A stretch of 63,009 bases of DNA, taken from positions 34,990,119 through 35,053,127 of the forward strand of contig JAUZTB010000042.1 in NCBI GenBank assembly GCA_034780895.1, read 5' to 3'. Of the stretch, positions 41,711 to 52,705 are shown piece by piece. Under the pieces are notes generated by a model. It did no database searches, had not been told where the DNA came from, and was given only the letters and a program-made list of their open reading frames with translations. Positions within the stretch are counted from its first letter, which is position 1. Each line of letters opens with the position of its first letter. The position numbers were made by a program, and so were the translations under genes. The DNA is from Rhynchobatus australiae (Eukaryota).

Positions 41711-42106
41711 TTTACATATTTACAAAGTACAGACTTTTTAAAAAGTTAGCAATAGTAAAGATTGTGGGAGCATTCACAAAATGGGGTTGCAGTAAACTAA
41801 CAATATATTCTGGGGAAACAGGATAATTGCAGGGAAAATAAACTGAAAAGGAAACAGTTAAAATCTATTAGACCTGCTGCTTTCATTTGTAATAATGCAG
41901 TGGAATCTTTAGGCCAAATTGCAAGCATTTATTTTCATCAATTCTTTAGTCTTCCAAGCAGCTCAAATCACAGTAAACTTTGTAAATTGTTGCTTGAGAT
42001 TAAAATCATTTCAGGTCTTTCTCATTAAAGATTTGCCTTTGAATGCAACGTTGATCATGTCACCACTGGAATGCTGCCTGATGGTCACTTCTCAGCGGTC
42101 TTCCCA

Positions 42107-42275
42107 CTAGGAGTACTTCATTTTCTGCAAGGCTTCTGCTCGAATAGCTAGACTCTTACCACAGACAGTCAGAAGCACAATCAGAACACCCACCAGCAGA
42201 GTCAGGAGGGGCCAGAGCACGCAGTGCAACAGAACGTTTTCGTCACGGGTCCTCTTCAAAAGCACATCATCAGGT
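42107..42275 (-). CDS. KCNMB4: KCNMB4 exon 3, TM2 and stop
   Basis: ttttacag|A CCT GAT GAT...TAC TCC TAG; 169 nt. [55 protein letters not shown]. Total CDS 633 nt = 210 aa, as in human. Confidence 0.96.
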
Positions 42276-42399
42276 CTGTAAAATGTCCCAAAGCTTTAAT
42301 GAACAACACACTTTGTTGAAGAAAGAATAAGCAAATTAAGGCTTCAATACTTTAGTGGGGGCAAATTGTTGCACACTTGATAGATTGGTTGTATATTTA

Positions 42400-42806
42400 A
42401 AGATAAAATAACATAAGATAATTATTTATTAGTCACATGTACATCAAAACACAAATGAAATATGTCTTTTTACGTTGCTAAGAATGTGCTGGGGGCAGCC
42501 CACAAGTGTCGCCAATCTTCCAGTGCCGACATAGCATGCCCACAGCTCCTAATCTGTACACCTTTGGAATGTGGGAGGAAACCGGAGCACCCGTAGAAAA
42601 CCCATGCAGACACAGGGAGGATGTACAAACTCCTTAGAGGCAGCAGCGGGAATTGAACCNNNNNNNNNNNNNNNNNNNNNNNNNNNNNNNNNNNNNNNNN
42701 NNNNNNNNNNNNNNNNNNNNNNNNNNNNNNNNNNNNNNNNNNNNNNNNNNNNNNNNNNNCGCTGGCGCTGTAATAGCATTAAGCTAACCGCTATGCTAAC
42801 GTGCCA
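42400..42806 (-). mobile_element. V-SINE with Rex1-like tail, ~125 nt from the KCNMB4 exon 3 acceptor
   Basis: Reverse V-domain, and tttattagtcacatgtacatc, the reverse complement of gatgtacatgtgactaataaa. Confidence 0.8.
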
Positions 42807-42909
42807 TTAAAGTATACTGCCTATGAAGCCCCCATATTCAGTTATTCCTGGATAAAACATCTTTTAAGTCCTAGTCAGTTTTTTTTAAAGTGACACCAAC
42901 CTACTAATG

Positions 42910-43200
42910 GAGACACAAGAGACTGCGGATGCTGGAACCTGGAGCAAAAAACAAACTGCTGGAGGAACTCAGCGGGGCAGGCAGCATTTAAGGAGGCACA
43001 GGGATGGTCAACATTTTGGGTTGAGATCCTGCACCAGCAAATGAGAGTGTCGTGGGAAGATAGCCAGTATAAAGAGGCGAGAGGTAGGAGCGAGACAGGG
43101 ACTGGTAGGTGATAGGTGGAACCAGGTGAAGTGGAGGATAATGGGCAGATGGTGGGAGGAGAAAGGGAAGGTTAGGGCAAGGGAGAAGAAGCCTGGAGGG
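42910..43200 (-). mobile_element. Penelope-like pLTR fragment with degenerate hammerhead
   Basis: gactgcggatgctggaacctggagcaa...gctggaggaactcagcggggcaggcagcat...ggtcaacattttgggttgagatcctgcaccag, followed by a purine-rich tract. Confidence 0.7.
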
Positions 43201-43499
43201 ATACTCATGTGGGTGGTAGGCAGATGGAACCTCCATAATGGCTCATTGCCTGGTCAGGGCTGTGGTCTCTGCAGAGTTTCTGTAATAACCAATCCCTGCA
43301 GCTGATGCCAGTTAAGGTGTCATCACAGGTAGAGTGGCAGCCTGTAGAAACAGTGCAAGGAAGGTATTCCAGTTGGGATTCCATCTCTTCTGTTAATTCA
43401 GTAACAATTCCATTCAATTACTCTTAATTAAATACAAGTGATAGGTTCCTAATGAAGCACAGCAAGATCTTTGCAAATTACTTTAGCAGCACAACCCTG

Positions 43500-43920
43500 T
43501 GGCTGCTGGAAATCCATAATAAAAATATAATCTGCTCTACACATGAATGTGTGGCCAGATACAGCACCAAGTCGATCTTTAAGTTTGCCTGACATCAGTG
43601 TTATTGGCCAGATCAACATCAATGATGAGACGGAGGACAGGCAAGAGATTGTGAATCTTATGTCATGGTTCCAGCCCTTGATGTCAGCAAGAGAGCAAAA
43701 GAAAGAGCTGGTCATTGACCCAAGGAAGTGGGTGGGGTTAGTGAATACAACCCTGTCCTTATTAACAGCTGCTGTAGAGGTGGTCGACACCTTTCTGTTG
43801 TTTTGTGCTTGTCACTGTATTTATAGTTGTATTTATTATTACTTGTTTACTCTGTGAGCTTCATGTGAGCAAAAAATTTCATTGCACCCTGGTGTATATG
43901 ACAATAAATTAATCTAAATC
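43500..43920 (+). mobile_element. Rex1/Babar RT fragment and tail
   Basis: Degenerate KF-D-ISVIGQININDETEDRQEIVNLMSW...KKELVIDPRK; tail tttcattgcaccctggtgtatatgacaataaa. Confidence 0.65.
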
Positions 43921-43929
43921 TGGATCAGA

Positions 43930-44100
43930 ATTTGAAATACTCAGCAAGTAAAGCAGCATTTATAGAGGCAGGGAAAGAGAGCAAAAGAGAGACAGATTCA
44001 GTTAAAGTTTCAGACTGATGATGAGATTAAAGACTACCAATCTGAAGCACTCTTTTTCCTCAGAAACTGGCTAAGCTGCTGGATGTTTCAGTATTTATAT
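43930..44100. mobile_element. Decayed palindromic Penelope-derived element
   Basis: gaaatactcagcaagtaaagcagcat ... ctgatga ... gctgctggatgtttcagtattt: inverted arms. Confidence 0.5.
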
Positions 44101-44657
44101 ATTTAATTTCCTGTAAAGCATTAATCATTGAGCATAGAGGGGTAAATGTGTTCATTGTTTAACTGCAAGCTATTTTCTCAAAATAATATGATTAAGGACC
44201 AGAGTTTTTTTTTAAGCAACCTTTGAGCACCAGGTTTGTCAAACTGTTTGCAGATATTGCAATCAGGTTGACTTTTCCACATTAAAACAAAGATCAATTA
44301 TGAATCCATCCACATAATCCTGAATAACCAACTGAGGAAAAAATGTCCCCATTTAACTGGTGATTTGTGTACCATCATTTTCATTACAAATTACAGCAAG
44401 GATTATAAAAAAGAGCTGCAGGTTTTTATTAAAGATTTTTTGCCAAAATTCCAGATAGATGCAGTGGGTTTATTATATTATTTTTGTACAACATCAAAAC
44501 AGTCGGTGGCCATTTTCATTTCCTCCACTCATGGAAATCAGACTATATCAGAATGAGAAGTGTAAATTATTTTTTCTGCTTGAATATTATTTTAACTGCA
44601 GGCACAGATGTAATCTTGATAAACCTTTATTCACTTGAAAGGTTTATTCATGTATAA

Positions 44658-44810
44658 AGGCAGCACGGTAGTGCAGTGGTTAGCATAATTCCCGCTGCTG
44701 TCTGTAAGGAGTTTGTACGTTCTCCCCTGACTACATGGGTTTCCTCTGCGTGCTTTGGCTTCCTCCCACATTCTAAAGATGTACGGATTAGTAGGTTAAC
44801 ATGGGTTAAC
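44658..44810 (+). mobile_element. V-SINE, truncated
   Basis: ggcagcacggtagtgcagtggttagc followed by the V-domain. Confidence 0.75.
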
Positions 44811-45404
44811 CTATTATACACATCTTTTCATAAAGATCAGGTTAATTATAAAGTTATTAGATAATGACATCTTTCTCCATTTAAGCACTTCTTAAAACCT
44901 TTTAGACTAATCTTTTCTAGCATTTATCCTTATATCTTACACAGCTTGCTGTCAAATTTGTTTGATATTGGTCAGAAAGCACCTTTGGGCATTTTACTTC
45001 ACTGAAAACTTCCATATAAATCTAAGCTGTTGCTTTGGATAGGTTTTCATTTTTTGCCACTTGGATGTTAAGCACCATCTCAGTATGCATGAACTCAGTA
45101 TAAAAAATCCAACTAAGGATTATACAGCCCTTACAGACCAGTAAATTTTGTTTTTTACACTTCAATGAAAGGAAAACAAAAAGTGGACTTGGTTACTGAT
45201 TTGTGAGCTGCTATACAAGATTTTCTGTTGTGATTCACTAGCTGATATTGAACAGGCATGCAGTAGAGACGAAAATCATTTCTATTGTATTTAAATGTTC
45301 ATATCGAAAAAATGTTAGAAATCACATTCAATTATTGTGCTGTAATCTAGGTTCAAGTCACATTATATATTCAATAAAAATTAATACATATTTTGTATAA
45401 AAAT

Positions 45405-45640
45405 GAAGTAAAAGCAGAAAAGGCTGAAATATTCAGAAGGTCAAGCACAAACACGGAGATGGAAAGAGAGTTAATGTTTCAGGTTGAAGACCATTTGTGG
45501 AACAATGGTTCTGATGATAGGTCTTTGACCTGAAATGTTTACTCTTGTTTCTTTCTCCACAGATGCTGCCCAACCTGCTGAATGCTTCCAGCATTTTCGG
45601 TTTTTAATTCAGATTGCCAGCATCTGCAGTTTTTTGATTT
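45405..45640. mobile_element. Palindromic Penelope-derived element with hammerhead motif
   Basis: Inverted arms. The plus arm (45507-45545) reads GGTT CTGATGA T AGGTC TTT GACCT GAAA TGT T TACTC. Confidence 0.75.
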
Positions 45641-45703
45641 TCCTCTATGCAAAATTGTTTCCTGTAGATGTGCTCAGTGATTTTTTTTAAAATGTCATCT
45701 TAC

Positions 45704-45831
45704 CTTCTTTGACGATTAATGTAGCAAATAAAAGACTGAGAGCCGATCTCTTCCTTCCAATAATCATGCCAACTCATAACATTTTCTGAGTTTTTCTGAT
45801 TGTCTCTCTCACAAGGGGGGATGTAGGAACA
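45704..45831 (-). CDS. KCNMB4: KCNMB4 exon 2
   Basis: ttttacag|TGT TCC TAC ATC...AGA AG|gtaaga; 128 nt. [42 protein letters not shown]. Confidence 0.96.
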
Positions 45832-46104
45832 CTGTAAAAGGACAACTCTGTTTTATCACATTGAGCTGGTACTGAGACACACACAAAATGAAAAGGATGC
45901 CACAAAAATAAGTAGCAGTTCAGTAAAGCTTTCATAATCCAACACCGACAGGACTTTGATAGTAGCTGACTGGCAGATTTTCTGGACTTTTGGATCTTAT
46001 TAATACCCCAGCAAACTTCTTCACTTTTTTTTAATATATTGTCACACTGTGACATAATAATTTTTTCAGTGTACCAGGTGAATTTAAAAAGAGCACAGGA
46101 AACA

Positions 46105-46850
46105 AAACCCACTGAGTTTAAAAGGAGTGTGGGAATGAGGCCCTTGGTGGGTTTATGAGGAGGGTGAAAATGGGGTCCCCAATGACCTTTTTTTATTAAG
46201 GAGTATGGGATTAGTTCATAAGAGCATGGGGCAAGCTACAGTGAGCTCACAAGGAGTGTGGGAACAGGCCCCAGTGAGTTTATAAGTAATGTGGCAACAG
46301 TCACCAGTGAGTTTATAGGGAGTGCAGGGAGCCAAATACCAATTATCTAAGTTATACTGTAAATCTAAATACTTTACAGTATTTTGTGAACCATAGTCTG
46401 TCACATTGGCACTGTTCCATTCTAGTCAGTTCAGTTGCCATGTCTGCTCAGTGAGTGGATCAACAATCCATCTTGCAATAAAAGAATACAATGATCACTT
46501 AGTACCAAAAATTCCAGATAGCAGTTCCCAACTTTAGCAGTTCCCAACTTCAGAAATCAACAGGTTAAAATAAAGAAGAGGAGAAAAAGTATCAAGGTGG
46601 AAGTTGAGAGCAGAGAGGGTTCTATGTAACATCTGGGTTTCAGTGTGCATGAGGAGTATACACCCAGAACATGCCTGTAGATGAGAAATCTGGAAATTCA
46701 AGAAGAATCATCATCCAACAGTCATAACACATATTAATGGCTGGAACAAGGAGGGTGGAATGGGCCCCGGTGGGTTCATAAGGAGTGTGGGAACAGGCCC
46801 CAGTGAGTTTATAAGGAATGTGGCATCGGTCACCAGTGAGCTTATAGGGA
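46105..46850. repeat. Degenerate ~33-bp minisatellite in two blocks (46105-46335 and 46755-46850)
   Basis: Unit approximately ccccagtgagtttataaggagtgtgggaacagg, about 6 + 3 copies. Confidence 0.8.
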
Positions 46851-47475
46851 ACAAGGTTTATACGCCAGAGAAAGGTTAATCTGCCTCACCTACGTGCAAC
46901 TTCCCGTCCATCATATAAAATTGTTTAAGTGATTCTGAGATGTTTGTCTTCATTCTGCTTGTCAATCTACACATAATGTTAATAGTTCTAATTTTCTTTC
47001 ACTTTCTTCTTTTAGTAGCTTGAACTTGCATCCTCCTGTCGTAACTCTAGAAATAATATTACTGATGTGCCTTTCCCACTGATCCACCATCACTTCTCAG
47101 ATATCTCCTGAGGTTTAGTTTCTCCAGCCTTTCCTTGGTCTTATTTGCACTGTATACTATCCTTGGATATTGCGTGTTGATATATCGTATTGGGTGTTTT
47201 GCTGCCATCCATAAATTACACGTACTAGGGCCACACTCCTTGGAAACTAGACGTCAAGGAATAAGATACACAGGGAATAAAGACGTCTAATGCAGAAAAA
47301 GAGCTTTTATTTTTTGGGGTGTCTACAGTGTAGGGTGAGAGGAGGCCCTTTAAAGGAGTGAACCCTTCATCACGTATGTGAATGAGAGACCTTCAATCAG
47401 CTCCCACAAACTGCAATTGATACAGTGTCGATTGTTGACTTGAACAATGAGATACTTGTTAGCAAAAAATTGGCA

Positions 47476-47760
47476 TGTTCAGGACACTTCCCAGTGTATG
47501 GTAATTTGCAGCTTGCTGTTGTTAATATTGAACAGTTCATTTGATAGTGATTTTGAACAGTTATGGTTTTAGCACAAACTGTGGCCCTCTGCACTGGCAG
47601 ATGGAGATAACAGTGAACATTGAGGAGTTGGTGGTGGGAGGAGGCAAAGTCATACTTTGGGATAATACAACAATGAGAGACATAGAAAAATAGGAATGGG
47701 GTAGGCCATTTGGCCCATTGAGCCTGCTCTATCGTTCAATATGACCATGACTGATCCTCT
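47476..47760 (+). repeat. Direct duplication, copy 1 (copy 2 at 49418-49688)
   Basis: Both copies share ttgaacagttcattt(g/c)atagtgattttgaacagtta...ttggtggtgg(g/a)aggaggcaaagtcatactttggga. Confidence 0.85.
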
Positions 47761-49629
47761 CTGAGGAGCTTGGTTGCAGATGGTTTCACTGAATGGTGAA
47801 CTGGCTTGAGGAATTACATAGCCTACTCATATCATTATACAAACACATGGCCTGTCCACCTCACCCACCCTTCTGAGGAAGCCAAATGATAACACCGATT
47901 TCCTGCATTGCAACAACTGTTTCATTCACCTGTTGAAAAACTGCATGAATTTACCAAGCTTCTGTAGCGATGGATCATCCTCAGGGTAATTGGACACAAT
48001 ACCACTGCAGCCAGAGGACAAATTTGTAATTGAATTGAATTTAGACATTACATATCAACAAGCAATTTTTTATACTTAAACACATTTTGGCCACACCATG
48101 TCACCAGCAGCAGATCGTAGAGAACACTGGTTGAGAGCTAGCAGTAGACATTAAAAAGGTTAGTAGTTATTCTTTCCAGGTGAAGACCTTATAAATGCTT
48201 TCGGTGGTACCCAAAACATTGTGTAAGTCAATAATTGTTCACTACTGTGTCATAAATAGGCATGACCAGGGCAGTCAGTGTCATTACCTGATATTTCAAA
48301 CAATATCAGTACTTGCAAATATATTGATCTTAAACATGAAATTTTACTGACTTTAGGACTACATGAAAATTATATTTTTAATTTCTTATCTAGCATGTTC
48401 CTCTTAGTACATTTTACTTCTGAAGCATCAAATCACACATGATAAGAGATCTGCTGTCATTTTTATTATTGTTGAGCTGAAATTAAAAGTCTAGGACTAA
48501 GGAATACTTGCATCTTGTTAAATGCAATGCACGTTGTCTGGTACTTGACCATACAGACCGGAAAAAAAACAGAGGATTTGACTGCTGATCTGAGCTGATT
48601 AATCTTGTCTGGGATGAAAGGAGGAAAGACATTAAAAATAAGAGCAAAATTTGCTGCTTCATTGCTACCTGGTTATCTATGCTGGAAACCCAGCATGGTG
48701 AGAATTGAGCATGAACTGGTTTGCTTGGATAAATCAGTTAACCACTCTTTCCTACAATCACAAATTAATGCTGCAATTAAGCAGGCCTGGTTGTGTCCAT
48801 GGAAACCTTAGAATGAATCAACACCTTTCGGAGAAAATTGAGAGAAAAACATTTTGTTCTTCAGGAAGCCACTGTGTTTACATTGTTGACTGCCTGGAGA
48901 AAATATTCTCCTCACTCTCATGTTTCTGTAAATGGGGAAGCCCTTTGAACTGAACAGAATAATTTTATAACCATATTCCTTCCCTGAGCATCTGTGGAGA
49001 TGTGCAGATAATGTAGGTCATTTTCTCTCCTTCAATTTTGTATTTTCTGGAAATGTTACAGAAGTCCCATCTGTATGTTTTATATTTTAGGATTAAGAGA
49101 TGCAGTTTACCAATTTAAAAAATGCTTCAAACCCAATCCATTTCATTCTTGTAGGGAAAGATACTCAGTATTACAAATTCAGTGAACCTTGACGCTAATG
49201 AACGCAACTATCAATAATGTGAGTTTTAAAAATATTTAATACATTAAGTTTCATTAGAATGCTTTAAAACAAATGAAATATTAAATTAATAGTTTTAATC
49301 CCCTGAAAGGTCAGACAGAGATAGATGCACCAATGTGTTGATACTTTATTCCCACAACCTTACAACTTCAGGCTGGACCAGGCAAAGCACATCTTTCTAG
49401 ACTAAAATTGCCGAAGGGTGTCAGGACACTTCTCAGCATGGAGCAACTTGCAACTTGCTAGTATTAATGCAGGAGCGTTGAACAGTTCATTTCATAGTGA
49501 TTTTGAACAGTTACATTTTTAGCACAAGCCCCTGGCTCTTTGCAATGGCAGACGGAGGTAACAAAGAAAACTAAGGAATTGGTGGTGGAAGGAGGCAAAG
49601 TCATACTTTGGGAAAACACAGAAAGGAAG

Positions 49630-49848
49630 AATGGGAACAGGATTCAGACAATTGCTCCACCATTCAACATAATCATGGTTGATCCTCTGTGACAATACCA
49701 TATTCTTGTTCTCTTCTATATCTCCTGGTGCAGTCTACCATCTTAACTTTATTCACAACCTGACCCCTACTTTCTATGTGATAGTTGCCCTAAGTGAAGA
49801 ATTTTTTTCCTCATCAGTCCTAAATGTCTTGTCCCAAATCCAGAGACT

Positions 49849-49893
<45 letters not shown>

Positions 49894-50170
49894 NNNNNNN
49901 NNNCTTGTCCCAAATCCAGAGACTGTGCCCGCCCCCCCCCCTCACTAAGGGCACTTAAGCCAGAGGAAGCATTCTCCTTGCTTTCAGTCAGTCAAGTCCT
50001 GTCAGAATTTTCAATTCAATCCCCTCTCATTCTTCTAAACGCTGGTGAATACAAACCTACTCAACCTACCCTCTCCTTATACAGTAGTCAAACCATCCCG
50101 CGAATCAGTCTGGTGTACCTTTGTTACACTCCACCTATGGCAAGATAAGGAGACCAAAACTGCAAACCGT
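49630..50170 (-). mobile_element. CR1 3' end
   Basis: Reverse CR1 tail: gctccaccattcaac...atcccctctcattcttctaaac...gataaggagaccaaaactgca. Confidence 0.7.
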
Positions 50171-50189
50171 ACCAAATCTTTTTATATTT

Positions 50190-50460
50190 AGTCATAGAGT
50201 CGACTCAGAAACCAACTCATCATTCATTCGTCCATCCCGACCAGCAAGCATCCACTTACATTAATCCTACACCAATCCCATTTCATTCTTCCCACATTCC
50301 CATCCACTCTTCCCAAATTCTACCGCTCACCTACACATTAAGCACAGTGGCCAATTAACCTACCAACCCAGACATCTTTTGGAATGAGCAGGAACCCGGA
50401 ACACTTGAAGTAAACCTATGCAGTCACAAGGAGAATGTGCAAACTCCACGCAGACAGGAT
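50190..50460 (-). mobile_element. V-SINE
   Basis: cagtggccaattaacctaccaaccc...gcagtcacaaggagaatgtgcaaactccac. Confidence 0.7.
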
Positions 50461-50651
50461 TATGAATCCTCTTAAACAGAAAACAAAAGAAAGACAGACA
50501 GCTGATTTCAATGGATTACTTCCAGCTTAAAAAAAGGTACATTTGTACAGATATGCATGTAGTAAAGTATATAACTCTGGGGTCTACTGTTTTCATACTT
50601 GAATTATGGAAACACTAACAAAATTAGAAAGAGGTAGAAGCTGAATCCCTA

Positions 50652-50950
50652 GGGCAGGCATGGTAGTGTAGCAGTTAGCATAATGTTATTACAGTGCCAG
50701 CAACCCGGGTTCTATTCTGGCCGCTGTCTGTAAGGAGTTTGTACGTTCTCTCTGTGTCTGCATGGGTTTCCTCTGGGTACTTCGGTTTCCTCCCACATTC
50801 CAAAGACATACGGATTAGGAAGTTGTGGGCATGCTATGTTGGTGCCAGAATCATGGCGACACTTGCGGGCTGCCCCCAGAACACCTTGCAAAAGATGCAT
50901 TTCACTGTGTGTTTCAATGTACATGTGACTAATAAAGAGATCTTATCTTA
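50652..50950 (+). mobile_element. Full-length V-SINE with Rex1-like tail
   Basis: A-box tggtagtgtagcagttagc, B-box gggttctattc, V-domain, tail gcatttcactgtgtgtttcaatgtacatgtgactaataaagagatcttatctta. Confidence 0.85.
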
Positions 50951-51479
50951 TCATTTGTTATCTCAAACAGTGACTACTCACAGCTGAAGGCCAGGAACAG
51001 AGTAAACGGAGAACACTTACTACAAAGGCAGAAAGAACACCCACGTGATCCTGATGTAGACTTAGTTTTTCCATATCTAGCCAATCTTGACAACTGACAG
51101 ACCTGACTCATACTAAATTATGGGCTCATAAATAGTTTGACCATCTATTAGCCAGGACTTCAGACAAAGTACATCTAAACTGACTCAATACAAAACCTTT
51201 AAAGCTATAGGAGCTGAGATTTTCTTGCATTGGATTGAAGTCAGATTCAATCCAGGTGAGTGCAAAAGCTTATAAGTAGTCAGGAAAGAGGGAATCTGTC
51301 AAATCAACATGTGCGATATACTTTGAGCTGCAGGTAAGTTAAGATGAACAAGGCTGTTCACCGGGCGAATATCTTACATTGCCTTCACAAAAAGAACCAA
51401 AGTTTCACTTACTAAAGCATTGATAAAATACTGTAAAAAACATCCTGGGGTGAAAATACCAGACACCAAACAATGAAAA

Positions 51480-52040
51480 GCTATAGGGATGGTAACTAAA
51501 GGTTGAGGTGGCATGCTTTGAGGGAGGCGAGGGAGGTGAGGGGAGACAATCCTTAGATCACAGGGAAACGTGTACGCAAAGCAGGTTGCTGACTGACAGG
51601 AAGGTCTACTGTCAAATTTAAAGCAGACAGAAGATAAATCGATAGTGTAAAATGTGTGCTGGAGCCTACAGTAGGATAGTTTGCAATAGGAAAAAAAACT
51701 GTGATATGGTTTGTAGATTAAGGAACTTATTTTAAAATTGATGCAGTAGCAGATAAAGGAGCAAGAATGGTTAACAAGAAAAATGGAAGAGAGTGGAGTG
51801 GCCTTAGAATGAGAAAGAATATCAGTGGTGCAGTTTTACTATGTAACTTGCAATGAGCAGATCCCATGAATCTGACGGGGAAAGCACTGGAGTAATTGAA
51901 TTTGGAGGTCAACAAAAGAACAATGAGGCCTTCAGCAACAGTGAGGGTAAGGCAAGAGTTGAAACCTGTTGCAAAATAGGAAGTGAACTTTGAAGCAAAA
52001 CGAAATTGAAAAGAAATTGAACAAGATGCCAGGGAGCTGG
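51480..52040 (-). mobile_element. Decayed L2-like LINE fragment (similar purine-rich remnant at ~21640-22060)
   Basis: Layout ggagtaattgaatttggaggtcaacaaaag...ttcagcaacag resembles reverse-strand L2 RT; heavily degenerate. Confidence 0.35.
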
Positions 52041-52054
52041 ATGTTGCAAACAGT

Positions 52055-52705
52055 TTTAGAGGCTGCAGAGGGTTGTAGAATCAGCCAGCTCCATCATGGG
52101 TACGACCTTCTTGACCACTGAGAACATCTTCAAGGGGTAGTGCCTCAAGAAGGCAGGATCCAACATTAAGGACTCTCAACATCCGGGACATGCCCTCTTC
52201 TCTTTACTATAATTTGGGAGGAGGTACAGAAGGCTGATCCACACTCAATGATTCAGGAACAGGTTCTTCCCCTCCGCCATCAGATTTCTGAATGATCCAT
52301 GAACACTACGCCATTATTCAGCTTATCTCAGTTTATTACATCTTCCCCCCTTCCCCCAGCTACCTACCTTCCCCCTCACCTATCACCTGCCTGTGTGAGC
52401 TCCTCCCCCTCCCCTCTTATTCTGGCTTCTGCCCGCCTCCTTTCCAGTCCTGAAGAGTCTTGGCCCGAAATGTCAACTGTTTATTTCCCTCCATGGATGC
52501 TGCCTGACCTGCTGAGTTCCTCCAGCACTTTATGTGTATTGTTCCAGATTCCAGCATCTGCAGAGTTTCTTACATCTCATTATTCCTTTTTTTAAACACT
52601 ATTTATTTCTGTAATTCAAAGATTTTTATGTCCTTGCACTGTACTGCCACAAAACAACAAATTTCACGTCCTATGTCAGTGATAATAAATCTAATTCTGA
52701 TAGCT
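52055..52705 (+). mobile_element. Rex1/Babar 3' end interrupted by a Penelope pLTR (52320-52570)
   Basis: gctgcagagggttgtag...cttcccctccgccatcagatttctgaatg (Rex1), then a pyrimidine tract with CAGTC CTGAAGA GTCTTGGCCC GAAA TGTC AACTG and gatgctgcctgacctgctgagttcctccagca, then the Rex1 tail ...gtcagtgataataaatctaattctga. Confidence 0.75.

Noticed and set aside
46105-46850. CRISPR-like array
   Set aside because: Vertebrate intron, degenerate tandem units, no unique spacers and no cas genes.
49849-49925. Long poly-G run as a G-quadruplex or poly-Gly ORF (also the G run at the window end)
   Set aside because: It abuts an N gap and is flanked by a duplicated cttgtcccaaatccagagactg, typical of poly-G sequencing or assembly artefact.
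50652-50725. tRNA genes at SINE heads (also 32200 and 55181)
   Set aside because: A and B boxes are present but run into the V-SINE core with no complete cloverleaf.
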